Positions 20,236-29,095 of a stretch of DNA of 64,000 nucleotides are shown piece after piece. The DNA lies in the NCBI GenBank assembly GCA_965214485.1, contig CBDCBW010000015.1, positions 246,227-310,226 of the forward strand, written 5' to 3'. The stretch's first letter is position 1; every line of letters starts with the position of its first letter. The translations under genes were made by a program, and so were the position numbers. This DNA comes from Rhodothermales bacterium. Lineage in GTDB: Bacteria; Bacteroidota; Rhodothermia; Rhodothermales; JANQRZ01. The notes under the pieces are model-generated. The model was not told the DNA's origin. It saw only the letters and a program-made list of their open reading frames with translations, and ran no database searches.

Positions 20236-20375
20236 CGGGAGTGGGAGGCGCGCGCGTGGAAAGGGAGAGTGGAACCGGCGGAGCTAACCGAGGCGGATCG
20301 CAACGCGTCGGCGCTCCGTCGCCCACCTTCCTACCCCGTCGCTTCACGTCGGTGCCTCAGTCTGACGTCCGTGTT

Positions 20376-21401
20376 TCAGTCTTGGGCGGGGCCGTCCGGG
20401 GTGAGGTCGGGGAAGGGGTCCGGGGCAGGCGGCGGGCGCTCGCCGTAGGCCCCGTCGCCGAGCGAGAGCGTGGCCTCCGGGGGCGGGTCCCACCACGCGG
20501 TCGGGTGGGCGAAGTCGTCGTCGGGGTCGAAGCGCTCGGGGAGGGGCGCGCTCGGGTCGAGGTCGAGCACGGCCCGGATGTCGGGGATGATGCGCTCGAG
20601 GATGCGGAGGTTGCGGAACGCCCGGCGGCAGCGGATGCGGACCGTCCGCTCGAGCTGGAAGGGCTCGCCGGCGGCTTCGGCGTCCCGGGCCTCGGCGGCC
20701 GTGGCGAAGGCGACGGGCACCGTGAGCTCGGTCTTGTAGAGGTCGGCAATGTCGTAGACGAAGGCGAGCTGCTTGCCCTGGTGGATGAAGCCGAGGCCTG
20801 GCGCGTAGCCCGCCGAGACGACCGCCGCGTGGCAGACGCCGCTGAGGCAGGCGTTGGCCGCGCTGAGGGCGCGGTTGAGCGGGTCGGCGGCGTCCCAGTC
20901 CCCCCGGTCGTAGTCCCGCCCGGCCCAGTCCAGCCCGTAGGACGCCGCCGCCCGGCGGTACGTCGCGCGGACGCGGGCCCCTTCGTGCCCTCGGACCTGC
21001 TCGATGGTGAGGTTCGGCGGCAGGGTTTCGTAGAACCGGAGCCGGTACATCCGCTCGACCACGCGGAGGCGCTGCTCGGGGTCGCTCGCGGCCTCGGCCT
21101 GGCGCTGCAGGGCGTACGCCTTGCGCGTCTCGCCGTGCCCGTGCGCGTAGAACCGGACGCCCTCCTGCCCGACCCAGAGCAGCGAGCACCCGGACTTCGA
21201 GGTGGTCACCACGGCCCGGTGGGTGACGGAGACGCCGGGGCCGAGCAGAAGCGCGCACAGGTTGGCGACCGGGACGGCGATCCGGCCGAGCTTGTTCTCG
21301 AACTCGACGCCGTTCTTTGTCTGGGTGAGCCGCCCCCGTTCGAGGTAGAGCGTCGGCAGGCTGTCGCGGAGTTTGGGGAGGGCGCGTAGATTCTCAGGCA
21401 T
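20376..21401 (-). CDS. cas1: Cas1 (type I-E)
   Basis: LLLGPGVSVTH, WVGQEGVRFYA, VRGHEGARVR, LGFIH, FVYDIADLYK; ATG at 21401. Confidence 0.97.
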   Translation of the reverse strand: MPENLRALPKLRDSLPTLYLERGRLTQTKNGVEFENKLGRIAVPVANLCALLLGPGVSVTHRAVVTTSKSGCSLLWVGQEGVRFYAHGHGETRKAYALQRQAEAASDPEQRLRVVERMYRLRFYETLPPNLTIEQVRGHEGARVRATYRRAAASYGLDWAGRDYDRGDWDAADPLNRALSAANACLSGVCHAAVVSAGYAPGLGFIHQGKQLAFVYDIADLYKTELTVPVAFATAAEARDAEAAGEPFQLERTVRIRCRRAFRNLRILERIIPDIRAVLDLDPSAPLPERFDPDDDFAHPTAWWDPPPEATLSLGDGAYGERPPPAPDPFPDLTPDGPAQD

Positions 21402-21452
21402 GGTCGCGGGGGAAGAATGGCGAGTGGCTGTGAGGGTACGGCGCTCCTGTTG

Positions 21453-21549
21453 CCAAGTGTGACATGCCGCGTCCACTTGGGCGGGTAGGGTCCGTACACT
21501 TCCCGCCCCGTGTTCCTTGACATTGTGCGATTCCGTTCCGATTTTTAGT
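21453..21549 (+). promoter_or_regulatory. Leader of array 2 / divergent cas1 promoter with operator-like palindrome at 21453-21480
   Basis: CCAAGTGTGACATGCCGCGTCCACTTGG; leader motifs shared with array 1. Confidence 0.75.
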
Positions 21550-22250
21550 CCTTTCCCCACGCCCGTGGGGATGAACCGACCTCGCGGGGCGTGAGGCCCC
21601 CCAACTCCGACCTTTCCCCACGCCCGTGGGGATGAACCGGTGACGCGCAAGTGGGGCCGCTGGCAGCACCACCTTTCCCCACGCCCGTGGGGATGAACCG
21701 GAGGTGACGCCCCCCGAGACGTGGGGCCAGCACCTTTCCCCACGCCCGTGGGGATGAACCGTGATAAAAGGGGTAGGACATGCCCTGTTAGCTCCTTTCC
21801 CCACGCCCGTGGGGATGAACCGACATGGGTTTCCGCCGCAGCCATTCCTAGCCCCCTTTCCCCACGCCCGTGGGGATGAACCGTCGGGCGGAGGCGCGCA
21901 TGCCTGACGGCCTTCCCTTTCCCCACGCCCGTGGGGATGAACCGCTCACCGTGTCCCGCGCCGACGGCGCCGACGGCCCTTTCCCCACGCCCGTGGGGAT
22001 GAACCGGCGCGGAACGCCTTCGCGCTCTACCGCGGACGCCTTTCCCCACGCCCGTGGGGATGAACCGGCGAGGAGCGTGGGGTTCACGGCCTCTACGAAC
22101 CTTTCCCCACGCCCGTGGGGATGAACCGAGGAAGGTTCGCGCCTCGCGGTCGAGGTTCTGCCTTTCCCCACGCCCGTGGGGATGAACCGCGCTCGTTCGT
22201 CCGGTCGATGTCCTGCTGGAACCTTTCCCCACGCCCGTGGGGATGAACCG
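21550..22250 (+). CRISPR. Type I-E CRISPR array 2: 12 repeats (CCTTTCCCCACGCCCGTGGGGATGAACCG), 11 spacers of 32-33 bp
   Basis: Repeat starts from 21550 to 22222 at 61-62 bp spacing. Confidence 0.99.
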
Positions 22251-22286
22251 ATGACAGAGAGGAGGTGGAGGCCGAGGAGCGATGCG

Positions 22287-22323
22287 AAAAGCCCCGGACC
22301 GACACAGGGTCAGTCCGGGGCTT
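22287..22323 (-). terminator. Terminator of tRNA-Arg (possibly bidirectional)
   Basis: AAGCCCCGGAC / GTCCGGGGCTT stem, TTTT on the minus strand. Confidence 0.75.
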
Positions 22324-22327
22324 CCAG

Positions 22328-22401
22328 CGCGCCGGGGAGGATTCGAACCCCCGACCTTCGCATCCGTAGTGCGACGCTCTATCCAGCTGAGCTACCGGCG
22401 C
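22328..22401 (-). tRNA. tRNA-Arg (ACG)
   Basis: GCGCCGG acceptor, TAGCTCAGCTGGATAGAGC D arm, TCGCA-CTACGGA-TGCGA anticodon arm, GGTTCGAATCC; CCA not encoded. Confidence 0.97.
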
Positions 22402-22479
22402 GTGCGGCGGAGCAAAGATACGCGGTCCGCGACCGGGCCACCAAGTGAAGAACGCATAGACCCGGCGCGCGCCGCTTGC

Positions 22480-23340
22480 CTACTGCGCCGCGTCCTCCAG
22501 AAAGTAAAAGTGGTTCGTCGGGCCGTGGCCGCCGCCGAGGGCGAGGCCGTGGCGGATGGCCTCGGTGACGTACGCCTTCGCCTGCGCCACGGCCTCCGCA
22601 AGCGGTGCCCCGCGCGCCAGCCACGCGGCGACCGCCGAGGCGTAGGTGCAGCCGGTGCCGTGCGTGTGCGGCGTCTCGATCCACTCGGCGCGGAACCGGC
22701 GCATCGCCCGGCCATCGAAGAGCACGTCCACCGCCTCGGCCCCGCCGCCGAGGTGCCCGCCTTTGACGAGCACGGCCCCAGCGCCGAAACCGTGGATCGT
22801 GCGAGCGGCGGCCTCGGCCTCGGCGACGGTGGTGACGGCTTGCCCGGTCAGCCGCTCGGCCTCGTGGACGTTGGGCGTGACGAGGGCGGCGAGCGGGAGC
22901 AGGTCGCGCGTGAGCGCCTCGACGGCGTCGGGCGCGAGCAGGGCGAAGCCGCTCTTCGAGACCATCACCGGGTCCACGACGAGCGGCTCCAGCCTGTGCT
23001 CTCGCACCTTTCGCGCCACGAGGCCGATGATCGCCGCCGAGGAGAGCATCCCCGTCTTGACGGCCCCGAACCGGAAGTCGTCGGCGACGGCATTGAGCTG
23101 GGCTTCAATGATGCCGAGTGGGAGGTCGAAGGCGGCGGTGACGGCGCGGGTGTTCTGCGCGGTGACGGCGGTGACGACGCTCGCGGCGAAGACGCCGTTG
23201 GCTTCCATCGCCTTGATGTCGGCCTGGAGGCCGGCCCCGCCGCCGGAGTCGCTCCCGGCGATGGTGAGCGCGAGGGGCTTCGAGGCGCGTGCGCGGGCCT
23301 TCGAGGCCGAGGGGCGGGGGCTGGAGGTCATAGGGGTCAT
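22480..23340 (-). CDS. thiD: Hydroxymethylpyrimidine/phosphomethylpyrimidine kinase
   Basis: LTIAGSDSGGGAGLQADIK, KTGML, VVDPVM, KGGH, HGTGCT. Confidence 0.96.
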   Translation of the reverse strand: MTPMTSSPRPSASKARARASKPLALTIAGSDSGGGAGLQADIKAMEANGVFAASVVTAVTAQNTRAVTAAFDLPLGIIEAQLNAVADDFRFGAVKTGMLSSAAIIGLVARKVREHRLEPLVVDPVMVSKSGFALLAPDAVEALTRDLLPLAALVTPNVHEAERLTGQAVTTVAEAEAAARTIHGFGAGAVLVKGGHLGGGAEAVDVLFDGRAMRRFRAEWIETPHTHGTGCTYASAVAAWLARGAPLAEAVAQAKAYVTEAIRHGLALGGGHGPTNHFYFLEDAAQ

Positions 23341-23963
23341 AGGGCACCGAGGTAGCGGGCGGCAGCGTCGGCAGGTCGCTCGGCGCGGAGGAGGCCCGAG
23401 ACGACGGCGACGCCGTAGGCTCCGGCCTCGCGGCAGGCGCGGGCGCGCTCCGGCGTGACGCCGCCGAGGGCGAAGACCGGCGTGCCGGGCACCGCGCGGC
23501 AGCACGCGGCGAGCGCGCCGAGGCCGACGCCGGGGTGGCCGGGCTTGCTGCCGGTCGGGAAGACGGGGCTGAAGAAGACAGCGTCGGCCCCCTGCTCGGC
23601 GGCGGCGGCGGCCTCGCCGGGCGTGTGGGCGGAGTAGCTGAGGAGCGCCTCGGGCCGCTGCCGCCGCGCCTCGGTCACCGCCGGCCCTCGCACGCCGACG
23701 TGCAGCCCGAGGCCGAGCCGCCGGGCGACCTCGGCGCGGGTGTTGACCGAGACCGGCGTGCCGGGCCGCGCCGCGCGCACCCGCTCTGCGAGCGACGCGG
23801 CCTCGCGCGCGAACGCCTCGTCCGGCGCGTCGTGGTCGCGCAGGTGCAGCCACAGCCGGGCCGCCCGCACCGCCTCGACCGCCCGGCGCTGCACCGCTGC
23901 CTCCGTAAACCCGTCGGCAACGAGGACCAGGCGCGGCAGCGGACGGTCGGTGCCCGCCGTCAT
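23337..23963 (-). CDS. thiE: Thiamine phosphate synthase / TenI family
   Basis: TIM-barrel motifs [20 protein letters not shown]; lies in the thi operon (could be TenI-like). Confidence 0.8.
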   Translation of the reverse strand: MTAGTDRPLPRLVLVADGFTEAAVQRRAVEAVRAARLWLHLRDHDAPDEAFAREAASLAERVRAARPGTPVSVNTRAEVARRLGLGLHVGVRGPAVTEARRQRPEALLSYSAHTPGEAAAAAEQGADAVFFSPVFPTGSKPGHPGVGLGALAACCRAVPGTPVFALGGVTPERARACREAGAYGVAVVSGLLRAERPADAAARYLGAL

Positions 23964-24811
23964 CCGGCGTCGATCCGCCCGTCGGTGGGCGACGAGGCGT
24001 TGGCGTAGAGCCGGCGCGGGATGCGCCCGGCGCGGTGCGCGAGCCGCCCGGCCTCGACCGCGTGGCGGACGGCGGCGGCCATCAGCGCGGGGCGCTCGGC
24101 TCCGGAGATCGCGGTGTTGAGCAGCACCCCGTCGTAGCCCAGCTCCATCGCGCGGGCCGCGTCGCTCGCCGTCCCGATCCCGGCGTCGACGATGAGCGGC
24201 GTCTCGGGGAGCAGGTCGCGGATGATGCGGAGCGTGTACGGGTTGACGAGACCCATCCCGCTGCCGATCGGCGCGGCGAGCGGCATCACGGCGGCGCAGC
24301 CCAGGTCGGCGAGCTTGCGGCAGGTGATGGGGTCGTCGTTCGCGTAGGCGAGGACGTGGAAGCCGTCGTCGACGAGCTGCTTCGCCGCTTTGAGGAGCTG
24401 CTCGACGTCGGGGTAGAGCGTCTCGTCGTCGCCGATGACTTCGAGCTTGACGAGGTCCGTGCCGAGGGCCTCGCGGGCGAGCTGTGCCGTGAGGACGGCC
24501 TCGCGAGCGGTGTAGCACCCCGCCGTGTTCGGGAGGAGGTGCAGGCCGCGCGCCCGGAGCAGCCCGAGCAGGCTCTCGCCCTCGGTGTCGGCGAGGTTGA
24601 CGCGGCGGACCGAGACCGTCGCGAGCTCGGCCCCGGAGGCGTCGAGCGCGTCGAGCATCACCTGAGGGCTGGGGTACCGGCTCGTCCCGACGAGCACCCG
24701 CGAGCCCAACGAGAGCGGCCCGATCCGCAGCCGGTCGTCTTCCGGCACCGTCTCCGGCGGTGCTGCCTTCGGCGGTGCCGCCTTTGGCGATAGAGTCTGA
24801 AGGTCAGCCAT
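23960..24811 (-). CDS. thiG: Thiazole synthase
   Basis: [31 protein letters not shown]. Confidence 0.97.
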   Translation of the reverse strand: MADLQTLSPKAAPPKAAPPETVPEDDRLRIGPLSLGSRVLVGTSRYPSPQVMLDALDASGAELATVSVRRVNLADTEGESLLGLLRARGLHLLPNTAGCYTAREAVLTAQLAREALGTDLVKLEVIGDDETLYPDVEQLLKAAKQLVDDGFHVLAYANDDPITCRKLADLGCAAVMPLAAPIGSGMGLVNPYTLRIIRDLLPETPLIVDAGIGTASDAARAMELGYDGVLLNTAISGAERPALMAAAVRHAVEAGRLAHRAGRIPRRLYANASSPTDGRIDAG

Positions 24812-24851
24812 GTCCGAGTCCGCAGTCCAAAATCAGAAAGCCCGCACCGGC

Positions 24852-25076
24852 TCACCCGCCCTGCGTGGCGGTGATGACCTCGACCGCGTCGCCGGCCTCG
24901 ACCGGCGTCCCTGCCCACTCGGCGCGGCGCACGACGGACGCGCCGAGCGCCACCGCGAGGCCCGGCTGCCCAGGGTCGAGGCCGAGGTGCCGGAGCAGAT
25001 CCGGCACCGCAAGGCCGGCGGGCACGTCGCGGGCCTCACCGTTGACGGTGACGGGGATGAGCGTGGCGGCGGGCAT
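24852..25076 (-). CDS. thiS: Sulfur carrier protein ThiS
   Basis: VTVNGE...VEVITATQGG C-terminus. Confidence 0.93.
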   Translation of the reverse strand: MPAATLIPVTVNGEARDVPAGLAVPDLLRHLGLDPGQPGLAVALGASVVRRAEWAGTPVEAGDAVEVITATQGG

Positions 25077-26212
25077 CAGTAGTCGGGGAAGGCGAGGTCG
25101 AAGCGGCGCGGAGCAAACGGGCCGAGCCAGTCGGAGGTTTCTGGCCGCCCGTCGAGCGCGGCCTCGATCTCGCGGGCGAGCTCGCCTGCGGTGACGGGGG
25201 TCAGGAGGACGCCGTGGCGGTAGTGCCCGGTGGCGAGCACGACGCCCGGCGCGGCGGTGCCCAGGAGCGGCGCGTGGTCCCGGCTCGCGGGCCGCAGCCC
25301 CGCCCACGTCTCGCTCACCTCGAGCTCCTCCGTCCCCGGCACGACCGCGATGGCCCCTTCGAGCAGGCGGTACAGCCCGCCCGCCGTCACGGAGGTGTCG
25401 AAGCCGCGCTCCTCACTCGTCGCCCCGACGACGAGGCGGCCGTCGGACTTCGGCGCGAGGTAGGCGTCGGGGCCGCGCACGACGTGCCGCAGCTCGAACG
25501 GCGGCTCGGCGTGCAGCGACAGCATCTGCCCTTTGACCGGGCGCACCGGCACGGCCGGCTCGATGCCGCCGATGCCCCGCACCCACGCCCCGGCGGCGAG
25601 CACCACGACCGAGGCCTCGACCCGCCCGCCGTCCTCCGTGACGACGGCGGGCCGCCGCCCGTCCGGCTCGACGGCCTCGACCGCGACCCCTTCGCGGAGC
25701 CTCACGCCGGCGCGCTCGGCGGCCACGCGCAGCGCCTCCAGCACGCGGCGGTTGTCCACCTGATGGTCCTCCGGGGAAAACACCGCCGCCGCGAGCCGCG
25801 GCGAAAGCATCGGCTCGGCCTCCCGCGCCTCGGCCCCCGTCAGCCACTCGACCGGCACGCCGTGCGCCTGCTGAAACCGGTAGAGCCGGCGGAGCGCCTC
25901 CGCCGCGTCGCGGTCGTCGGCGACGACCAGTGTGCCCTCGGCGCGGTAGTCCACGCCGGTCCCGCTCGCGGCCTCGAGCGCGCGGGCGAAGGCGGGCCAG
26001 CGGCGCAGGCTCTCGCGCCCGAGCCGGTAGAGGTCACCCTCCTCGAACTGAATCTCGGCGGCGGGAGCGAGCATCCCCGCCGCGGCGTAGGACGCCCCCC
26101 GCCCCACCCGGTCGCGCTCAAACACGGTCACGGACCGGCCGCGCTCGGCCAACCGCCATCCGAGGCTGAGCCCGATCACGCCGCCGCCGACGATGAGTAC
26201 GTCCCTGGTCAT
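25076..26212 (-). CDS. thiO: Glycine oxidase
   Basis: GGGVIG, ASYAAAGML, PVKGQ, WAGLRP, GHYRHGVLL. Confidence 0.95.
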   Translation of the reverse strand: MTRDVLIVGGGVIGLSLGWRLAERGRSVTVFERDRVGRGASYAAAGMLAPAAEIQFEEGDLYRLGRESLRRWPAFARALEAASGTGVDYRAEGTLVVADDRDAAEALRRLYRFQQAHGVPVEWLTGAEAREAEPMLSPRLAAAVFSPEDHQVDNRRVLEALRVAAERAGVRLREGVAVEAVEPDGRRPAVVTEDGGRVEASVVVLAAGAWVRGIGGIEPAVPVRPVKGQMLSLHAEPPFELRHVVRGPDAYLAPKSDGRLVVGATSEERGFDTSVTAGGLYRLLEGAIAVVPGTEELEVSETWAGLRPASRDHAPLLGTAAPGVVLATGHYRHGVLLTPVTAGELAREIEAALDGRPETSDWLGPFAPRRFDLAFPDY

Positions 26213-26305
26213 GGGTTTGGTTATTCTCGCCTCCCGCTACACCGGGCCTTCTACACCGGGCGCGCCGTTTCTCTCCAAGCCCAACGGATTCTCTCTGAGA
26301 ACAGA

Positions 26306-26388
26306 GTCCTTCCCGCGCAGGCGGGAATCCATACGGCGAGGGCGCGTGGCTCAACCCTCGCATGGGTCCCCGCCTTCCCGGGGATGAC
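26306..26388. repeat. REP-like palindromic element (GTCATTCCCGCG..GCGGGAATCCA family)
   Basis: Inverted pair of hairpin units; related copy at 49046-49115. Confidence 0.75.
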
Positions 26389-26424
26389 TTGACGTGGAAG
26401 ACGGCGCACAAACTCAGCGACTGG

Positions 26425-26546
26425 GTATAACAAATGGCCGCGGCGGCGCAGGGAGCCGCGACAGTGGAACGGGTTGAAGAGCATAACGGCGCTCGCGCGA
26501 GGCAAGACCGTGCAGTCCTGCGTCGGCCTTCAGCGGCGGGTTATGT
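26425..26546 (-). mobile_element. Integron attC site A
   Basis: Minus strand: R'' ACATAAC-CCGCC-L'' GCTGAAG ... R' GTTATAC; homologous to sites B and C. Confidence 0.75.
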
Positions 26547-26556
26547 GGCCGAGATG

Positions 26557-27288
26557 CTAGCGGACGACGACGAATCGGGTCGTGGCTACGCCGGAGCTGG
26601 CACCTCTCGCCTGCAACACGTACACGCCCGGCCAGAGGCCGCCGAGGTCGAGGACGAACGCCTGCCCGGCGGCAGGCACCCGCTCGCGTTGTACCTCACG
26701 TCCGAGAACGTCGAACACAAACAGGTTCACGGCGGCGGCGCGCTCCGACTCGACAACGACCGTGAGCGTTTGACGGGCAGGGTTGGGGTACGCGCTCAGG
26801 CGCAGGGGCATGGGTCCCGTCGCTGTGGGCTCTGCCGAGACGAAACCGGCGAGGTCGAGTACGACGTGGGTCGTGTCGGCTCCGGAGGCGGTAGCACTCC
26901 GAAGGTAGAGCGTATCAGCCGGGAGCCCACCCGCTGGGCCTCCGTCGCCGCACACGGGGCAGGGGTCGAACCCGAGGATGCGGAACGTCGCCGGTGCGCT
27001 CGGGGGGAGCGGTATCGTCGGCGGCTCGTCGAAAGGGAGGTAGACGAAGTCGTAAAGGGAGTCCGGCGTCTCGACTTCGAAGGACCACCCGTACCCTAGG
27101 GTTGTGCCGTAGAGCCCGTCATGCGTGATGGGGAACGAGAGGCTGAGCGAGTCGGGGCCGCCGTTGGTCGCAGTGAACGTCGTCTCGGCGGGGTAGCGGA
27201 CCGTATCGGCAGAGACGATGAGGGACGGCTGCGCGCTACCTTCCGCAGCAGCGACGAAGGCAAGCGCGAGGAGGAGTGGACGGGTCAT
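26557..27288 (-). CDS. T9SS type A sorting domain protein (gene cassette)
   Basis: Signal peptide; C-terminal AYPNP...VFDVLGREV...GVYVL...RFVVVR. Confidence 0.88.
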   Translation of the reverse strand: MTRPLLLALAFVAAAEGSAQPSLIVSADTVRYPAETTFTATNGGPDSLSLSFPITHDGLYGTTLGYGWSFEVETPDSLYDFVYLPFDEPPTIPLPPSAPATFRILGFDPCPVCGDGGPAGGLPADTLYLRSATASGADTTHVVLDLAGFVSAEPTATGPMPLRLSAYPNPARQTLTVVVESERAAAVNLFVFDVLGREVQRERVPAAGQAFVLDLGGLWPGVYVLQARGASSGVATTRFVVVR

Positions 27289-27305
27289 AGCGTGGAGGGT
27301 AGGCC

Positions 27306-27429
27306 ACATAACAGAGGGCCGCTCACCCGCGAAGGGCAGCGCGGCGGTGGGACGAAGCAAAGTAGACGCTGAGGCTCGGACGAGGCAAGGCCGTTCAGCC
27401 CTTCGTCGGTGTGCAGCCACGGGTTATAC
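27306..27429 (-). mobile_element. Integron attC site B
   Basis: R'' GTATAAC-CCGTG-GCTGCAC ... GTGAGC-GGCCCTCT-R' GTTATGT; extrahelical G in L''; stop codon of the preceding gene lies in R''. Confidence 0.85.
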
Positions 27430-27618
27430 CGCCGTTTGCTGAGTGTCCTGCCTCTGGCGCGATAAGCGTTCTAACTCCGCTTGCGCCTTACAGCCCTCCT
27501 CGTGGTAAAACGCGAGCCGCTCTTCTAACGTCTTCCCCGCCAGTTGTTCAGCGTGGCGGTTCCGGATACGCCGGACAAGCTCGACGGCCTTGATCGGCGG
27601 TTGCTCAGGATTCTTCAT
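27424..27618 (-). CDS. Small putative antitoxin
   Basis: 64 aa, KAVELVRRIR motif, overlaps the end of the PIN gene. Confidence 0.7.
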   Translation of the reverse strand: MKNPEQPPIKAVELVRRIRNRHAEQLAGKTLEERLAFYHEEGCKAQAELERLSRQRQDTQQTAV

Positions 27619-28090
27619 CGGTCTGGTCCTCTGGGTCGGTTGCCACCTCGCGCGGCGAGTGGATGCTGATCGGTTTGTAGCCCGCTTCGAGGTTCACTGC
27701 GTTGAACAGGCGGATCTTGTCGAAGTGGACGATGTGGCGAAAGTTCCAACTCACCAGCACGTCCACCCCTGCTACGGTCGCCAGCGCGATGTGGAGACCG
27801 TCGGGGGCGTACTTCGGCGTCAGAACACTCCGTGCCTGGTAACGGGCAGCCAGTTCGAGGGCTTCCTGCGAGGTCGTGAGCATCTCGGGCCGGTACGTCA
27901 GGAGCTCGGCGTACTTCTCGCGCACCTGCTCCGGCGCCCCGACGACTTCGAGCGCCACTACATCGGAGCGTACGAGGCGGAGCCGTTCGAGTCGGTAGTC
28001 GCGGACGAGTGCATTCGACCACAAGGCGAACTCAGCGTCGAAGCAGCCGCCGATGACGGAGGTATCGGTATAGACGCGCTGGAGCTTCAT
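27605..28090 (-). CDS. PIN-domain (VapC-like) toxin
   Basis: VYTDTSVIGGCFD, DGLHIALA, LVSWNFRHIV. Confidence 0.9.
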   Translation of the reverse strand: MKLQRVYTDTSVIGGCFDAEFALWSNALVRDYRLERLRLVRSDVVALEVVGAPEQVREKYAELLTYRPEMLTTSQEALELAARYQARSVLTPKYAPDGLHIALATVAGVDVLVSWNFRHIVHFDKIRLFNAVNLEAGYKPISIHSPREVATDPEDQTDEES

Positions 28091-28132
28091 GCCGAGAAGC
28101 TACGGCAGCCCGACGTGGCACAGCGCGAGGCG

Positions 28133-28256
28133 GTATAACAGTTGACCGCTCATCCACCAAGGGCGACGCGGCGGTAGTGCGAGGCAAGGTAGACGCCGAG
28201 GCTCGGACGAGGTAAGACCGTGCAGCCCTTCGTCGGCGTGCAGCGGCGGGTTATGC
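28133..28256 (-). mobile_element. Integron attC site C
   Basis: R'' GCATAAC-CCGCC-GCTGCAC ... GATGAGC-GGTCAACT-R' GTTATAC. Confidence 0.85.
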
Positions 28257-28466
28257 CTCCCGCTCAGAGCGAAACCGCAGCGCCTCCTCGATCAATTCCC
28301 CTGTGCTCACCCCCTCGAACAGCGCCCCGCGCTCCGTTGTATAATCGCCGCGACCAATCCCGAACTGCCCGAGGAACCGGGCCGTCTCCACGACCCCCAA
28401 CTCGCGCGCTAACAAGCGAATCGCGTCGTGCGTCACCTCAGATAGGGGACGGGTCTGTACGGTCAT
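28251..28466 (-). CDS. Small putative antitoxin
   Basis: LARELGVVETARFL...GRGDYTTER family found beside PIN genes; stop codon lies in the attC R''. Confidence 0.75.
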   Translation of the reverse strand: MTVQTRPLSEVTHDAIRLLARELGVVETARFLGQFGIGRGDYTTERGALFEGVSTGELIEEALRFRSEREA

Positions 28467-28476
28467 GGCTGGACAG

Positions 28477-28770
28477 TCATGGTCGGTCCAAAATAGCGGC
28501 AAGCTCGAGCGGTGTAACGACGGAAACGCCGCCGGTGTTCACTCTCTTGCTCCGACGGTGGAACCGATCATCGGTCGTGCAGAGAAAGTCAGCCTCCGCC
28601 TCGATCGCCGCAGCGAGGTGGAGAGCGTCAGGGCCAGTAATGTTCGCGCTGGCGAATGCCCTCGCCCGAGCGGCGGCGGCCTGAGTGAAAGGAAGCACTT
28701 CCGGCCCGAGCGAGAGCACCTCGCGCACAAAGTCGCGCCGGTTTGGGTGCGGGTTGCGACGGGTCTCGAT
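28477..28770 (-). pseudogene. 5'-truncated PIN-domain toxin
   Basis: IETRRNP...DALHLAAA...FLCTTDDRF; the N-terminal PIN strand is missing. Confidence 0.75.
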
Positions 28771-29063
28771 GATCGGACTACTTCATCAACGGAGTTTAAC
28801 CAACGTTCCGCACCCCATATTTGCGAAGCTGATTTTTCGATTGCCGCTCGCTCCCACCGCTCCCAACCCGTGGTGTCGCCAGTATCCTTGTACTCATTTT
28901 CCTTAACCGAAATGACCACTACGTGTGGACCGCAAACAATCAGGCAGTCGCAGAGCTCTTTGCCCTTCTTCCCGATGGGATTGGGGTGGGTCCACAATCT
29001 CAGAAAGGACCGCTCGCATACCTTTGCGACAAACCTTTCAGATGGTGTAAGCCCGGTTGTCAC
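28771..29063 (-). pseudogene. 3'-truncated hypothetical (possibly nuclease-fold) cassette gene
   Basis: Lower-GC TPSER...KELCDCLIVCGPHVVVISVK...; the frame runs into the PIN remnant. Confidence 0.55.
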
Positions 29064-29095
29064 TCCTCGGGTTCCTTGTGCCACATAACCAGTGA

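Noticed and set aside
20228-20270. Possible degenerate CRISPR repeat (CreTA-like mini-array) between cas1 and cas2
   Set aside because: Partial GCGTGGAAAGG similarity only; no stem and no second repeat.
22299-22309. 11-nt match (CCGACACAGGG) between spacer 7341-7372 and the tRNA terminator loop
   Set aside because: A match this short is expected by chance in 64 kb.
26213-26420. Expected TPP riboswitch upstream of thiO
   Set aside because: No recognisable TPP core motifs on the minus strand; the structure there is a REP-like element. An Infernal scan would be needed to exclude it fully.
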